Shown piece by piece: positions 31,111 through 46,105 of a stretch of 64,000 bases of DNA. Each line of letters begins with the position of its first letter. The first letter of the stretch is position 1. A program made the position numbers and the translations under genes. Under the pieces are notes generated by a model that saw only the letters and a list, made by a program, of their open reading frames with translations, was not told the DNA's origin and searched no databases. This DNA comes from the human T2T-CHM13v2.0 reference genome, Homo sapiens, in NCBI RefSeq assembly GCF_009914755.1, contig NC_060942.1; one strand, 5' to 3'.

Positions 31111-31689
31111 ATGAAGTTTCAGTTATGCAAGCTGAGTAAGCTCTAGGGATCTGCTGTCTGTACAACATGGTGCCTATAGTTAACAATAATATATTGTGCA
31201 TTTAACATATGTTAAGAGGGTAGATCTTATGCCAAATGTTTGACCATAATAAAAAAATTACCACATGTGAGAATAAAAGAAGAATTTACGGGCTTGCAAA
31301 TGTACTTAGTTATCATTTCCCCTAAGGACTGAATTGAATTTATTAGTATTTTATAAAAGATATTTACATCAAAGTCCGTAAGTAAAGTTGGTCTGTAATT
31401 GTTTTATACTTGTCTTGTTTCATATGAAGTTATTCCATCAGTGTTAAATGAGTTGGTCAGTTTTCTTCTCTTTTCTGATGTTTACCAATGCTTGCCTATA
31501 AATCCATCGGTTGTTGGACATTCTTGGAAGGCAGGTGTGACTGAGGATTAAATTTCACTATGGTCAATGCTGTTGGCTTATCCACGTGCTCTCTCTCTGA
31601 AAAAAATTTTAATACTATTTTCTAAATATTGTGATACCTTTTTGAGGTTGGTATCACAACCTTTTTTACAGATGAAGAAACTGAGGCTT

Positions 31690-32565
31690 GAGAACAGTGC
31701 TGCATGCTATGGAAAACAGTATAGTTCTTTCTCAAAAAATTACAAATAGGGGCCAGGCGCCGTGGCTCATGCCTGTAATCCCAACACTTAGTGGATCATT
31801 TGAGGTCAGGAGTTTGAGATCATCTTGGCCAACACGGTGAAACCCGTCTCTACTAAAAATACAAAAATTAGGCAGGCGTGGTGGCACCCGCCTGTAGTCC
31901 CAGCTACTCGGGAGGCTGAAGCAGAATTGCTTGAGCCTGGGAGGTGGAGGTTGCCATGAGCCAAGATCACAGCACTGCACTCCAGCCTGGATGACAGAGT
32001 GAGACTCTGTCTCAAAAAAAAAAAAAAAAATTACAAATAGATTTACCATATGATCCAGCAATTCCACTTCTGGATATATGCCCCAGAGAGTTGAAAGCAG
32101 GGACTCTGAACAGACATTTGTGCATCCATGTTCATTGCGGCACTATTCACAATAGCCAAAAGATGGCAGCAACCCAAGTACCCATCAAGGGATTAATGGA
32201 TGAGCATAATGTCTATACATACAATGGGATGCTATTCAGAATTAAAAGGGAGGAAATTCTGACACATGCTAAATAGAGATGAACCTTGAAGCTATTATGG
32301 TAAGTCACTTATATGAAGTACCCAGAGTGGTCAAATGTGTAGAGACAGAAAGAATGGTGGTTGCCAGGAGCTGAGGGAAGGAAGGAATGGGGGCCTACTG
32401 TTTAATTGGTACAGAGTTTTAGGTTTACAAGATGAAAAGAATTCTGGAGATGAATGGTAGTGGTTGCATACCGTATAAATGTATTGAATTTCATGGAAAT
32501 GTACACTTAAAGATGGCTTAAAGTGGTAAATTTTATATTTTCTATATTTTGCCAGAATAAAAAAA
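31690..32565 (+). mobile_element. L1M 3' relic containing Alu 31751-32030
   Basis: tatgatccagcaattccacttctgg; cactattcacaatagccaaaag; Alu TSD aaaaattacaaatag. Confidence 0.85.
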
Positions 32566-34434
32566 AGTACTACATTAATTGACAGACTAAACAAGGACTT
32601 TTGGCACCAAAATTAGACTTTGGAAAGAAATCAGTCTCTCAGTAAAGTCGTCATGAGAAAAACATGATCGTCAATAGGTTTTGTTGCATGTGCTTTAAGA
32701 CATAGATTTGCTTTTATTTGGAATCGCTTGGCAGTGAGGGAAAGGGTATCATAATCTTTTTATGCCCTTGGGCTCCAAAGTAGGGTTGCCAGATTCAGCA
32801 AATGAAAAACACAGGAGCTGTGCAATATTTAGCATGTGCTTACACTAAAAACATGTCTGTGGTGTTTATCTGAAATTCAGATTTCCCTGGGTTCTGTGTT
32901 TTATCTGGCAACCCTCTCTAAGAACCTGAGTCCAGACTTGGCGAGAGGAATTAAGGAATAAGTGTGAGAACCCGAAGTGAGAACCATAGCTGGTGTCTGA
33001 CCTGGGAGCATAGGCTCAAGGTCACGGGGACAGATCTACACCCAGGTCACTCTACTCTGTGCTTGTGAAAGGCCAAGGGGGAGCTGGTGGGTTCTCCCCC
33101 GAGGGATCCTTCAGAGAGACCTTGTGAACAGCTGTACTGATGAAAAGCCCATGCTCCATTTTAACTCTGTTAAAGAGCGGGTGGAGGCAGGGCTGGAGTG
33201 CAAAGCTCAAGGCAACTCCACAGTCTGTGCTCTATGTCCTGGTTTTGGTCACTTCCTCACCCAACACGGTGGGCCAGGATCTAGAATGTCAGAGCCTTCA
33301 TATCCCACTGTAGCTGGTTTCCGCAGAAACATGAAACCAAAGACCACCCACAGCCCAGCAAAGAGGTTCTCGGTGCACGTGCACTGCCGCTGAGACGGGC
33401 AGGTGCCTCTTCTGAGCCCAGCTGCCCAGGAGCTGCCTTTGAAAAGTCTGCATTCCTCCCATGGCTGGTGCTACAGAAACAGCACGTCCACAACTGGCGG
33501 CTGCCTTTCTCTAAGAAACATCTTCATGCAGGTATTTAAATGGGAAAGAATTATAAATTTCAAATATACACATCAAGAGGTGTGAATCCCCATAAGGGTT
33601 CAAAAACAAGAAGGCAATGAACAGGGACAGGGACCAGAAGCACAGCTGCCTTCCTTGTTTATCCAGTCAAAATCTCTCAGAGACACAGACACTAACTCTG
33701 GCCTCCTCCATGTTGGAAAAGCAGGTCATGGCTAAGACAGGTGGAGACTGCTCTTCAAGTGAGCCTTTGGAAAATGGGATCATTTTTCTGAAGGATACGG
33801 ATAGCGGCCACTGTGACCCGAGCTGCAGCCACAGAGCAGAACTAAAATGAATGTGGACTGAATGCGACTTCAGAAATCTGGGTCTACAGCTGCTTGGTCC
33901 ATTAAAATAATATACTTACATGGTTTTAAAATGTTCTCTCTTTTCAAATTACACATACTATACCAGAAAAGTAGCTGATTAAGGCAAACTGTTTCATTCC
34001 AAGTGATGAAAATAAAATTGACAATAAAGGAAGCACTAATTTAAAATGATGCCATCTTTTCTTTTTTTCTGTCCTGCAAAATGCGCTGTTAGGTGAGGTC
34101 CTGATAGCACAAGGCCACCTCCAAGGACGGTCCAGCTCCTTCCTTTGCTCCCTTTGCCCCTGTGACTTGCTGGAGCCTCCCTAAAAGGTTATGTGGCAAA
34201 CAGCTGGTGTGCTCATCTGTAATTAATCAATGAACATTGCTTGTCTGTTGTAGAAATTGGAGCTTAGAGTTTTCTTGAAGAAATAAAAGGCTTCATACTC
34301 TGATCTGTTATCATCTGTATTGATACTTTTTTAAAAAGCTCAAAATGAAAAACATAAAATACTATCAAGTAATCAACAGAACATTCAATGTGTATAAAGA
34401 TTTTTTTAAAAATACGTTTAAAAAGAGAGCCAGG

Positions 34435-34635
34435 GAATTCAATTTACATTTTAGACCATTTAATGGAGGTATTTGTTGCACATGTGGTTTTAGTGTAACG
34501 TAAACACAACATCTCTCCCCAGAAACACTTAACCTGAGTTGGAAATGAAATATGAACTGAAGAGATTCTTAATTCACACATACACTTCTCCTCAAAATAT
34601 TAGCAATGATTCCAACTGAGGATTCTGCTTGAAGT
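34435..34635 (-). other. LAMA1: LAMA1 3' UTR with ATTAAA poly(A) signal (34459-34464)
   Basis: Follows stop codon on minus strand; a longer UTR cannot be excluded. Confidence 0.65.
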
Positions 34636-34796
34636 TCAGGACTCGGTCCCAGGACAGGAATGAAGGAAAACTCCGTGCAGTTCGAACGCTCTGCTGAAGT
34701 CAAAGGACTGCACCTGCGGGCTCTTAATCAGAGCTAGCTTCCTCAAACACCCGCGGAACGAGGTCTGGCTGCGCAGGCATTTTTGCTTCACACCAG
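34636..34796 (-). CDS. LAMA1: Laminin alpha-1, last coding exon (LG5 end)
   Basis: AG acceptor; (A)GVKQKCLRSQTSFRGCLRKLALIKSPQVQSFDFSRAFELHGVFLHSCPGTES*. Confidence 0.97.
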
Positions 34797-34959
34797 CTGT
34801 TCAGGAAAGAAGAGAAGACAAATCTTGCTTAATTTTGTTGAAATGCGATCCACAGCACAAAAGCAACAGAAATAATCTCAAGCGGGTTTTTTTATTTTTT
34901 AAATTTTTCACTATCAAAATTAGGAGAATATCTTCCACATATGTGGTGTCAGTGACTAG

Positions 34960-35286
<327 letters not shown>

Positions 35287-35736
35287 TAAAATTTTAAGGC
35301 ATAGTTATAACTTAAAAAAAGTCATACAACAGGTGTTTATTATTTGCAACAATTCCTTGGAACATCTAAAATACATAATTCTAATCCAAAATTGACCAGA
35401 GAGATGAGTCACAAGTTTGTTTCCTAAAACGATTCCCTAGCCCTAAAATGACTCCCAAGTCTGACAGTCATGAAATTTACTTCGGTAGAGTCATACGGCT
35501 GCCTTTATATCAGACCCAATGTTCTCACAGTCTTACCCAATGATTAACTTGTGTGTGTAGATTATTTTAAGTTATCCAAGAATTCTTAGATATTTGAAAT
35601 AGCCTTTCTAAAATGGTAAAGGATTTGTCACCCAAACCATGTACCTTTCTCAATCCCTATTCTACATCCACCTGAACCAAGACTTCCTCCAGGGACAGTG
35701 CCCCTTTTGAGTGGAAGAGCAGGTACCCGTACATAC

Positions 35737-35959
35737 CAGGATAGCCACCAACATAAATGGGATTGTTGGTGTCCACTGAGGTAGACTGGGTGTGTGGACT
35801 TTCAGCGCCAACTGCGTTCCCGTCAACAATCAGAGTGATACGGTGTTTGCTTTTGTTAGCTTGAAGAGTGTGCCATTTTCCATCACAGAGCACAGTGGCG
35901 GTTTTGGGCTCATATGCAGCTGTTATCCTGCCAGCACCATTGTTGACATGGAACAAGAC
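35737..35959 (-). CDS. LAMA1: Laminin alpha-1 exon (LG5)
   Basis: AG/GT bounded; VLFHVNNGAGRITAAYEPK...NNPIYVGGYP. Confidence 0.97.
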
Positions 35960-36123
35960 CTAAAAGCAAATATCTTGGTGAGTTTTTGTGTATTTAAGGA
36001 ACACAGTCCATTTGTATAAGCTCTTGGAGTAGATAAAATTGCAGCATTATGTTTAAAAGGAGAGCTAACTAGGAGAAACAGAAAATAGTTTTGAAAAGTA
36101 ACCTTTTAAAGGATTCAGATGAT

Positions 36124-36421
<298 letters not shown>

Positions 36422-36571
36422 GATTCAGATGTTATACTAGTCCCCAAATTCCAGAAAGCGCAAATGGCCACCTTCATGACCACAAGTCTGAGCACACTGC
36501 ATCCTTAAATGAGGGCCTCAATTTTAGGACATTTTAGGAGCTAATAGCCTTACTGGAGGTGCTGGTCATAC

Positions 36572-36884
<313 letters not shown>

Positions 36885-36985
36885 TGATAGCACCTATGAG
36901 CGAATATTTACTAACTCTCTTCTGATGAACTGTAGATGCTCTCCCACAGCAAGTAAAGAGATCTCAGCTTTGCAAAGGATAGGAG

Positions 36986-37367
36986 GTGTTATGGGCTGAA
37001 GACCGCCCTCCAAAATTCATATGCTGAAGTCCTAACCCCCAGTACCTCAGAATGTGATTGTATTTGAAGATGGAGCTTTTAAAGAGGTAATTAAGTAAAG
37101 ATGAGTGACTAGGGTGGCCCTCATCCAATCTGACTGTGTCTTTATAAGAAGAGATTAGGACACAGACATGCACAGAGGGAAGACCATGTGAGAACACAGG
37201 GAGAACGAGGCATCTGTAAGTCAAAGAGACAGGCCTCAGAATAAAGAACCTTACTAACACATTGATCTCGGACTTCTAGTCTCTAGAGTGGCAAGAAAAT
37301 AAATTTCCATTGTTTAAGCCACACAGTCTGTGGTACTTTGTTCTGGCACCCCAAGCAGACTAAGACA
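36986..37367 (+). mobile_element. MLT1-like MaLR LTR
   Basis: tgttatgggctgaa...ccagtacctcagaatgtga...gtttaagccac...gactaagaca. Confidence 0.85.
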
Positions 37368-38699
37368 GGAGGAAAGAATTTCAAATGTACTTTTTGAAGA
37401 TTCTTATGCTATATATGAAACTGCTCAGTATTATTTCTAGGTGGACTGTGACAATTAAGGATATGTCATAAACCCTTAGGTAACAACTAAAAATGTTAAA
37501 AAAGAACTATGCATAATAATCCAATAAGAAGTAAAATGTATAATACAACAGAAAATTACATTGTTTGCAGCAATTACACTTCTGATTGCATTCCTAATTT
37601 TTTATTTATCTAAATAAAATATTTTTCAAAAATAGAGATGGGGTGTCGCTATGTTGCCCTGGCTGGTCTCAAACTCCTGGGCTCAAGCAATCCTCCTGCC
37701 TCAGCCTCCCAAGGTTTTGGGATTACAGGTGTTAGCCACCATATCTGGCCCTGGTAACATTTTTTAGATGTCACATAAAAACATGCAAATAGATACAAAA
37801 GTTTTTAAAGTATAGATGAGGGAAAAAGTTGGCTGTAAGTCAGTGTAGAGAGGCAGCAATATGACATCAAGTTAGTTCTGGTTTGTCATGAATCGGAAAA
37901 GAGGTGAAGGGCAAAAGGTCAGACATGACCTTTCAGATCCTCCCCACCCCCACTCTAGGATATCCTAGGGGTCAAAACCCAGCGGGGAGTAAGTAGGGAA
38001 ATACTAGAAACAACCGGTAAGTCCTGGGGAATCTAGAACATGGAGACTTTTTCCTTGCCTTCCAAGAGGCACTAGTGTTGGAAAATTCAGGCATCTTACT
38101 CCCACAACAACAAACATTGACCACAGTGCTGCAGAAATGCTGGTAAAATGTAGTTAGGTAGAGAGAGGACCAGAGAGACACCATCCCTGATTCCCCATGG
38201 CCTCTGTGTGGCTTGGCAGAAATCCCCAAGTTTGCACATGACCCCACGGGGAAGCGGGAAGATGAAGAGGTGGCACTACTCATGACAACCAGGATGAGAA
38301 GCCTGAGCTGAAATGGACGCTGGCCAAACTCTCCAGGAGCAGCCCCCATGCAGGGGCAACACTGAGACACCAGACCACTCACTGTAAGAGGCTGCCCTGA
38401 AGACCACGATATGGCTATGGCTCAGCTGCTGTCCACTAGAGAGCCCACAGAAAGGAAAAGGGCCATCGAGACTCCCTTCCCCGCATCCTGCCTGCGCCCA
38501 GACAGCCCCAAAGGGGAGAGGAAGGGAAGTGAGAACTGGGAGAAACTGTGAAGGAGGCGGTTTTCAAGCAGGAGACTAAAGGACTAGTACTGCAAATTGT
38601 GGAGTTCATTTTGTTGCCAGCAGGAGAGGGACATGAGAGGCTGAAAAGCAAGGGCAGAACAGTCACAGAAAAAAATAACATGTTCTACATTAAAAAAAA

Positions 38700-39410
<711 letters not shown>

Positions 39411-39718
39411 TTATTAGAAGGGATAGGGCATCAGGTCAGCAGCTTATTCTCAGATGGTTCAGGAAAAAAAGTTCTTTGTATTATAGTTGTAATTTTGCTG
39501 AAAGCTTACTTTCAAACATATAAAAAGTTATTTTTGAAAAGCTTTTAAAAAATAAACCAAAAAGGTTTTTTTGTAGCAATATCTGTTTTTAAAATAGTAA
39601 TGGGACCATTGTTTGACTCCATGAAAATAGATAGTTGTGAATTTGAATCTGCTGTTTCTCAATTGCTCTGTCTCTGACACTGGGGGGAGGAAGACCCTCC
39701 TGGAGAGGAAGCACCCAC

Positions 39719-39852
39719 CTTGCCGTCCACAAGCTCTAGTCCAATGGCATCCACTTTGGCAGTGCTGATCCCCAGGAGGACGCCATTCTGCGAGGAGGTT
39801 CGAAACTCCAGTGTGATGTTCACATCTGACTGGACTTTGTAGCCCTCTTTGA
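39719..39852 (-). CDS. LAMA1: Laminin alpha-1 exon (LG5)
   Basis: AG/GT bounded; (V)KEGYKVQSDVNITLEFRTSSQNGVLLGISTAKVDAIGLELVDGK. Confidence 0.97.
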
Positions 39853-40958
39853 CTGTAACACACAAGGAGGACCCAAGTCAGGGTGAGCGCTGCCAGGCCC
39901 AGGTTGAGCATTTGGCCTGCTGGCTAGGGGTTGGGGGACCTGGCTCTAGCTCCTCCTTTGGATCCAGCTGCATCCCCACCAGCAGGTCACTCCTGCCCTC
40001 TGAGCCTCGGCTTCCACATCTGGGAGATGACGTGGAGCTTTTAAAGAAGACGCATGCAGTCAGCCAGGTCAGAGCAGAGCCAGGCACCTCCTTCATCTGT
40101 GGCCACAGAAGCACGTGGCCCTGCCTCACCCTGTGGACACGTCCTCCCTGCGGCAGTCTTTCCCGTGGGCTGTTGGGATTTGATCCCTGGAATCCCTTTA
40201 TCATCATCCGAGAATAGTCCACTTTATTTTCCTAGTATCTGTGTACTTGTGGGAATCATCATTTACTGAGTGTATCAGAGTCCATACTAAGTTTGTTAAA
40301 GGTGGGGATTGAATGGAATGCTTTTTTAATTCAGGTGATAAAAAAGCCGAGGAGCCACACTGGGTGGGGCTATTGACAACAGCAGGCAGTTGTTACCATG
40401 CCCAGGGCTGAAGGGAAAAGGGGAGAAGATGGTATGCCCAGAGCTGGGGGGTGCAAGGGGAGCTGAGGCCACGGAGGGGGCTGCCCAGCAGGGCTGGAGC
40501 CTGAGCCCCAGGAACAGGAGAAAGGAAGCACAGAGTGAACGAGAGATGTTCTGCTGGCTTCCCCCTCTTCCCCACCCAAACTTCTGCACAGCCTCCCTGG
40601 CGCCAGCTGGTCTAGACATTTTATGCTGCTGATTTTTAATTCAAAGCCCTTTCTTAACTTGGACAGTAAGTGTGCATTACAGAACCTGGGGAAACTATAG
40701 ATGAAACTAGCACCCCATGTCTGGCCTCTGTCAGGAGTCACACCACTCCTTGGGGGAGACTTTGTCAGGCCATCCAGATAGCACAAGACCTGAGAAGGCT
40801 TTTTACGCCAAGAAATTAGGAATCAACTGGAATACTAAACTCAATGTGGTTTTCCTGCAGCCTTGTCCAGTGGGTCCTGTCTTATACTCTTGGATCCACA
40901 TCGCTTTAGAGTACAGACTCATTCGGGGACTGCCTTCGAGAGTGTTGCTAACACATAC

Positions 40959-41112
40959 CAAGAGCTGCATATCCGCTTCCGTCAAAGTATGTTCCTTCCT
41001 GGGCCACTGCGTAGCACCTGTTCACCGTGAAGGCAGACACCGGGCTGTCCTTGTCCAGCTGTTTGCTGTTAACCGTCACATCCCCAATGCAGGCAGGGAT
41101 GCTGTGGGTGAT
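40959..41112 (-). CDS. LAMA1: Laminin alpha-1 exon (LG4/LG5)
   Basis: AG/GT bounded; ITHSIPACIGDVTVNSKQLDKDSPVSAFTVNRCYAVAQEGTYFDGSGYAAL. Confidence 0.97.
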
Positions 41113-41653
41113 CTAAGCCAAATGACATGCAAGAGTAGACAGTGGTGATTCTAATGGGAAGGGTTTGGACGCATTTTCCTTCCACTTCAGACTGGTCTCA
41201 GCAAAACACATTAAAATGTAATCTTTTTGTTTTAAAACTTTAATTGCCACAATACTTCACATGAATGTCTAAGTTAGAGCTACCATTTGAGTATCTTTGC
41301 TAATAATGCAGTGGAAGTGTTTTCTATTATTTTAGTGAAATATTGTGGAAATCAAAAAATGCTGAGTTTACTAATGTGCGAATATGCATTTGCTGGGCTT
41401 CCCTGAATTGTGCTGTGGCCACGTGGCTGCGGAAAGGGAGATGTTCATTAACTAACAGGCTGGAAAGACTGATCGGGTTCTGAGGGGCGGCCCTGGCACA
41501 CGATCTGTGGACATGCCTGCAAAGTAAACCTCTTCACAAGCCCCAGGTTCAAACAAGGTAATTTAAACATAAAGATGCCGTGAGGTATGCTCTTCTACAA
41601 AATAAGCACGAACACAACGAAGGTAAAATGTCAGTATGGAAAATGCTGCTTAC

Positions 41654-41812
41654 ATTTCCAATTTTCCTGGCCTGGTACTGGGAGGGCAGGCCTCCTAGGT
41701 AGAACAAACCCTCCACATCCAGCATGGTTCCATCTCCCACCACAGTCACCATGGGAGACTCTCGGCCGTCGACAGTTATGAAGCCTTTTCTTTTAACATA
41801 GTCTGTCTTGAC
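41654..41812 (-). CDS. LAMA1: Laminin alpha-1 exon (LG4)
   Basis: AG/GT bounded; VKTDYVKRKGFITVDGRESPMVTVVGDGTMLDVEGLFYLGGLPSQYQARKIGN. Confidence 0.97.
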
Positions 41813-42006
41813 CTACAGCAAAGTGAAAACATGCATAATTTTTGAGGAATCTGAAAAAACTTTTAACAGATGTATAAACTTTAACAGATGCAACATCTGT
41901 TTCTGAGAGCTATAACAACCTGAATGCAATGCTAAAGGAAGGTTCAAATTTTTAGACAGTTGGTGACGAAAAGTGGATGAGCCTGGCAGAAGAAAGGAGG
42001 CAGGTA

Positions 42007-42963
42007 TGAAACTGCCTTTGCAAAAACTGTAACAGTGAAAGAAATCTGACATAGAAAAATGACAGCAAGAGGAATCTGACATAACTGACTCTATCTTGCT
42101 TCTAACCTCATAAGCTGTCTTTGCTAATTCAACCTAGCTATGGGAGGAATTTAGTTGATAGTTTAAAACAAAGATGATAACAGTCCCTTCTGGAAATGGG
42201 AGGAATTTAGTGGATAGTTTAACTTTAAATCAAAGATGATAACAGTCCCTTCCCGAAATGGGAGGAATTTAGTTGACAGTTTAAAACAAAGATGGTTAAC
42301 AGTCCCTCCCCAAAACTAACTCCCTCCTTGCTCAGGGACCAAAATCGCCTTTGTAAAATTAAGGAAATGCCACAAGGTTGGAATTGTGATAGGGGCCTGA
42401 ATTCTGCTAAGATACAGGCATAAACTCTAACCAGCCATTGTTTCTCCTGCTAAGATGTAGGCATAAACTCTAACCAGTCATTGTTTATACTTTGCCCTTT
42501 TAAACTACTTATTGCTTAGGAATCACGTAGCCAATAGTCGTTAAGTGTTATACCTTCTCCAATTGCCCCATATAGATAACATTGCTATTGTAAAACCTAG
42601 GACTGGCATTTGAGATATTTTTCAGACTTTGCATTCAGTATGAACCAAATGGCACCACCCAGAGCAGTAACCCCTACCCAGGAACTGGCTCAGCACAAGA
42701 AGACAACTTCGACCCCCTGTGATTTCTTCCCCAATCCAATCAATCAGCATTTGCCATTCCTTATCCCCCGGCTGCCAAACTATCCTTGTTTACACGAGGT
42801 TTTAACCCTAGTCCTTGAATTCTTGGGGAGGCGGCTTTGAGAATTATCTCCTGGCAAGTTGCCTATGCAATAATTAAACTCTTTCTTTGCTGCAAAACCT
42901 GCCACTCTTAGTGCATTTGCTTTTCTGGGCAGTGGACAAGAACAACCCAGCTGGCCGATTACA
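42007..42963 (+). mobile_element. LTR8-like ERV1 solo LTR with internal tandem duplications
   Basis: TGAAACTGCCTTTGCAAAA start, ...GATTACA end, TSD-like ggta/ggca. Confidence 0.8.
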
Positions 42964-43334
42964 GGCACAGGTAAAGCGTGCTGCACACCAGAAAGTGCTC
43001 CAGAGTTCCGGTTATCAGAAAGCAAATGCCATGAGGGGAGGCTAGGCTTTACATACTCCTTGCCAAGTCAAGAACATGTCTAGTACCTTTTGTTCATCCC
43101 GCCAATGTTTGCTGAATGTCTATTTCACGTCAGGTACTAAGCAAGGCCCTGGGGATATTTCGGAAGCAGAAAAGATCCCTGCCTTCAAGACTTGTAGTCT
43201 CTGGGGGAGACACCAGACACACACGGCGAGATAGAGATTAATGGGGATAATGTGCCTTTGAGAAATGGAGTGAACCCGAGTGATAGATGGAACAGAACTC
43301 AGAAGCAGCCACCACAAGCCTCCTGAGATCGTAC

Positions 43335-43524
43335 CGTGTGCCACTTGCCATCACTGAGCAGTGCAGGGTGAGAGACCTTTGTTCTGCCTTTGCCAAGGTC
43401 AAACATGAAGTGGAGGCGGCCCCCGTGCAGCTGGAGCACAGCGTAGTCTGCTTGGTTCTGATGAGCCATGTAGTAAATCAGGCCGCTGGAGGCGAACGTG
43501 CGGATGCTTAGCTCAACCGAGAGC
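43335..43524 (-). CDS. LAMA1: Laminin alpha-1 exon (LG4)
   Basis: AG/GT bounded; LSVELSIRTFASSGLIYYMAHQNQADYAVLQLHGGRLHFMFDLGKGRTKVSHPALLSDGKWHT. Confidence 0.97.
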
Positions 43525-43639
43525 CTGGGGAAAACAAGTGCTCAGCGTTGAGGAAGGAAACTTTTACTTTTCATTTTTAAAACCTCAAAAGAGGACCCAA
43601 CAATTGTTTCAGCATTTACATTGAACATCTCAGGAGAGA

Positions 43640-44990
43640 GGGGTATTCATTCCTTCATCCATTTACACATCCATTCATATAATGAGTTATTAGTGCCTAC
43701 CTCTGTCTGCCGGGAACTGTTTCAGGATGAGGATAAAGCTGTCAACAAAGAGGAAGATCCCTTTGCTCATGAAACTAATACAGAAACACATCAGACAGTA
43801 AAGTGGGTCCTGTAGAGGCCAACCAGTGGCTACCTTAAGCATTCAACGCGGGTAACTCTGCAAAGCTGATATCTCAGCTGAGGTCTGAATGACAGAAAGG
43901 GGCAAGCCCCTGCAAAGTGAGAGCTTGATGGCAGGGGACATCAGGAAGCCCACCTGAGGCCGTGGGGGAACCAGAGTTACTGCAGGTGTGGAGGAAGGCT
44001 GCGCCTGGGTAGGCCCTGTCAGAGGGACCACGGTGTCACTGGACCACCCAGGGACAGCACCAGGGCAGATGTGGCTCCAACATAGGGAGGAGGGGCTTTG
44101 AGGGTGTTTGGATTTTCGGCACAGTGGGAAGTCACAGGAGGGCTTTGAAAGGGGGAGTGGCCGAGAATTCCTTTAAGAGATCCTCTGTCTAAACTGAAGA
44201 ACAGGTCAGGGGGTCGGGGTGAAGCGGGTCCCATCAGGCAGCTGTTACGACAGCCAACAGGAAGGAGTCGGGTGGCTTAGACCAGGGTGGCGGTGGGGAC
44301 TCAGAACAGATTCAGGAAACGTTCTGGAGGAAGAAGCAACAGGATTTGCCAATGGACTGGATTTGGAGAGTGAGAAAAAGTGAAATGAAAAATAGCCCCT
44401 AGGCTTGGGCCTTGGGCAACCAGGTGAATGGTGATTGTGCCCGCGGCAACGGCAAAGAGCAGGAGAGCAGGACTGAGGGAAGCCTGCGAATTCCATTCGG
44501 GGTGATGAGGCCCAGGAGACTGTTCCAGGCCACACAGAGATGTTGAGTGGCTGAGGAACCTGTCCCAGTCCACATGCAGATCTCGAGTGGCTGGTGGGCC
44601 CACAAATCCTGAGTTCTAAGTGGAGGCCAGAGCTACACAGGTAGGTTCTGCCATATCTAGGTGGCATTTTAAGGTGATCGGAACATAGAAGGCCATCCTG
44701 GGAGAGCGTGTGGAAGGGCCCAGCACTCTCAGCTGGGAGACTGAGGAAGGCGGGCCGAGAGAGAGCAGGGAACTAGGAGAGTGTGCATCTGTGACAGCCA
44801 AGGAAGTCCAGGGGCTGCTGAGAGCCCAGTGCAGGGGGCTCCGCACCATGTAGCTGCACAGGGGTCTCGAGTAACTCTCTCAAGAGCAGCTGGGGGTGTG
44901 CGGGAGGCTGACCGGATGGTTAAACGAGGAAACAGTCCCTGAGGAAAGGGCAGCTCTTTCAAGAGCCTTGCTGGGAAACAGAGCCAGGTA
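43640..44990 (-). mobile_element. L2 relic
   Basis: cattcattccttcatccattt (L2 3' end, antisense) followed by purine-rich L2-like body. Confidence 0.65.
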
Positions 44991-45080
44991 CTGTGCATGT
45001 GTGTGCGGGGGAATGTGACGTCTCCTGGGGGGTTCTGCTTTAGAAGTCAAAGTGAGAGAGGGAGTGGAGCACAGAGGTTA

Positions 45081-46105
45081 CAGCAGTCCCTTCTTATTTG
45101 CGGTTTTGCCTTCCAAGGTTTCACTTTTTGAGGTTTCAGTTACCTGCAGTCAACTGAGGTCTGAAAATACTAAATGGGAAGTTCTGGAAATAAATAATAC
45201 ATAAGTTTTAAATTGGGCATCACTCTGAGTAGCGTGATGAGATCTCATGCCATCCCACTCGGTCCTGCCCAGAAAGTGAATCCTGTCTGTGTCCAGTGGA
45301 TTCACGCCATGGGAGCCATGTCTGCCTATGTCCAGTGGATCCACACCATGGGAGCCATGTCTGCCCGTGTCCAGTGGATCCACGCCATAGGAGCCATGTC
45401 TGCCTGTGTCCAGTGGATCCACGCCATGGGAGCCATGTCTGCCTGTGTCCAGCAGATCCACGCCATGGGAGCCATGTCTGCCTGTGTCCAGTGGATCCAC
45501 ACCATGGGAGCCATGTCTGCCTGTGTCCGGCGGATCCACGCCATAGGAGCCATGTCTGCCTGTGTCCAGTGGATCCACGCCATGGGAGCCATGTCTGCCT
45601 GTGTCCGGCGGATCCACGCCATGGGAGCCATGTCTGCCTGTGTCCAGTGGATCCACACCATAGGAGCCATGTCTGCCTGTGTCCAGCGGATCCACGCCAT
45701 GGGAGCCATGTCTGCCTGTGTCCAGCGGATCCACGCCATGGGAGCCATGTCTGCCCGTGTCCAGCGGATCCACACCATAGGAGCCATGGGCCCATTGGTC
45801 ACTTTATAGCTGTCTAGGTTCGCAGATCGACTGTGGCAGTACAGCGGGGCTTGTGTTCAGGTCACCCTGATTTTACTCAATAATGCCCTCGAGGCACAAG
45901 AGGAGTGATGCTGGCATATTGTTATAATTCTTCTATTTTATTATTATTGTTAATCTCTTCCTGTGCCTAATTTATAAATTCAACTTTATCATAGATATGC
46001 ATGCATAGGAAAACACAGTGTATATGACGTTTAGGTACTAGCCGAGGTTTCAGGCAACCACTGGGGGTCCTGAACGTATCCCCCGAGGAGAAGGGGAAAC
46101 TACTC
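45081..46105 (+). mobile_element. MER44 (Tigger7-derived) DNA transposon carrying a VNTR
   Basis: TA|cagcagtcccttcttat ... aaggggaaactactc|TA imperfect TIRs; body resembles recalled MER44 consensus. Confidence 0.8.
45285..45789. repeat. 39-bp minisatellite (VNTR), ~13 copies
   Basis: Unit gtccagtggatccacgccatgggagccatgtctgcctgt; 13-aa periodicity in the ORF track. Confidence 0.97.

Noticed and set aside
45150-45817. 158-207-aa repetitive ORFs or a CRISPR-like array
   Set aside because: Contiguous 39-bp tandem units with no unique spacers, inside an intronic DNA transposon in human DNA.
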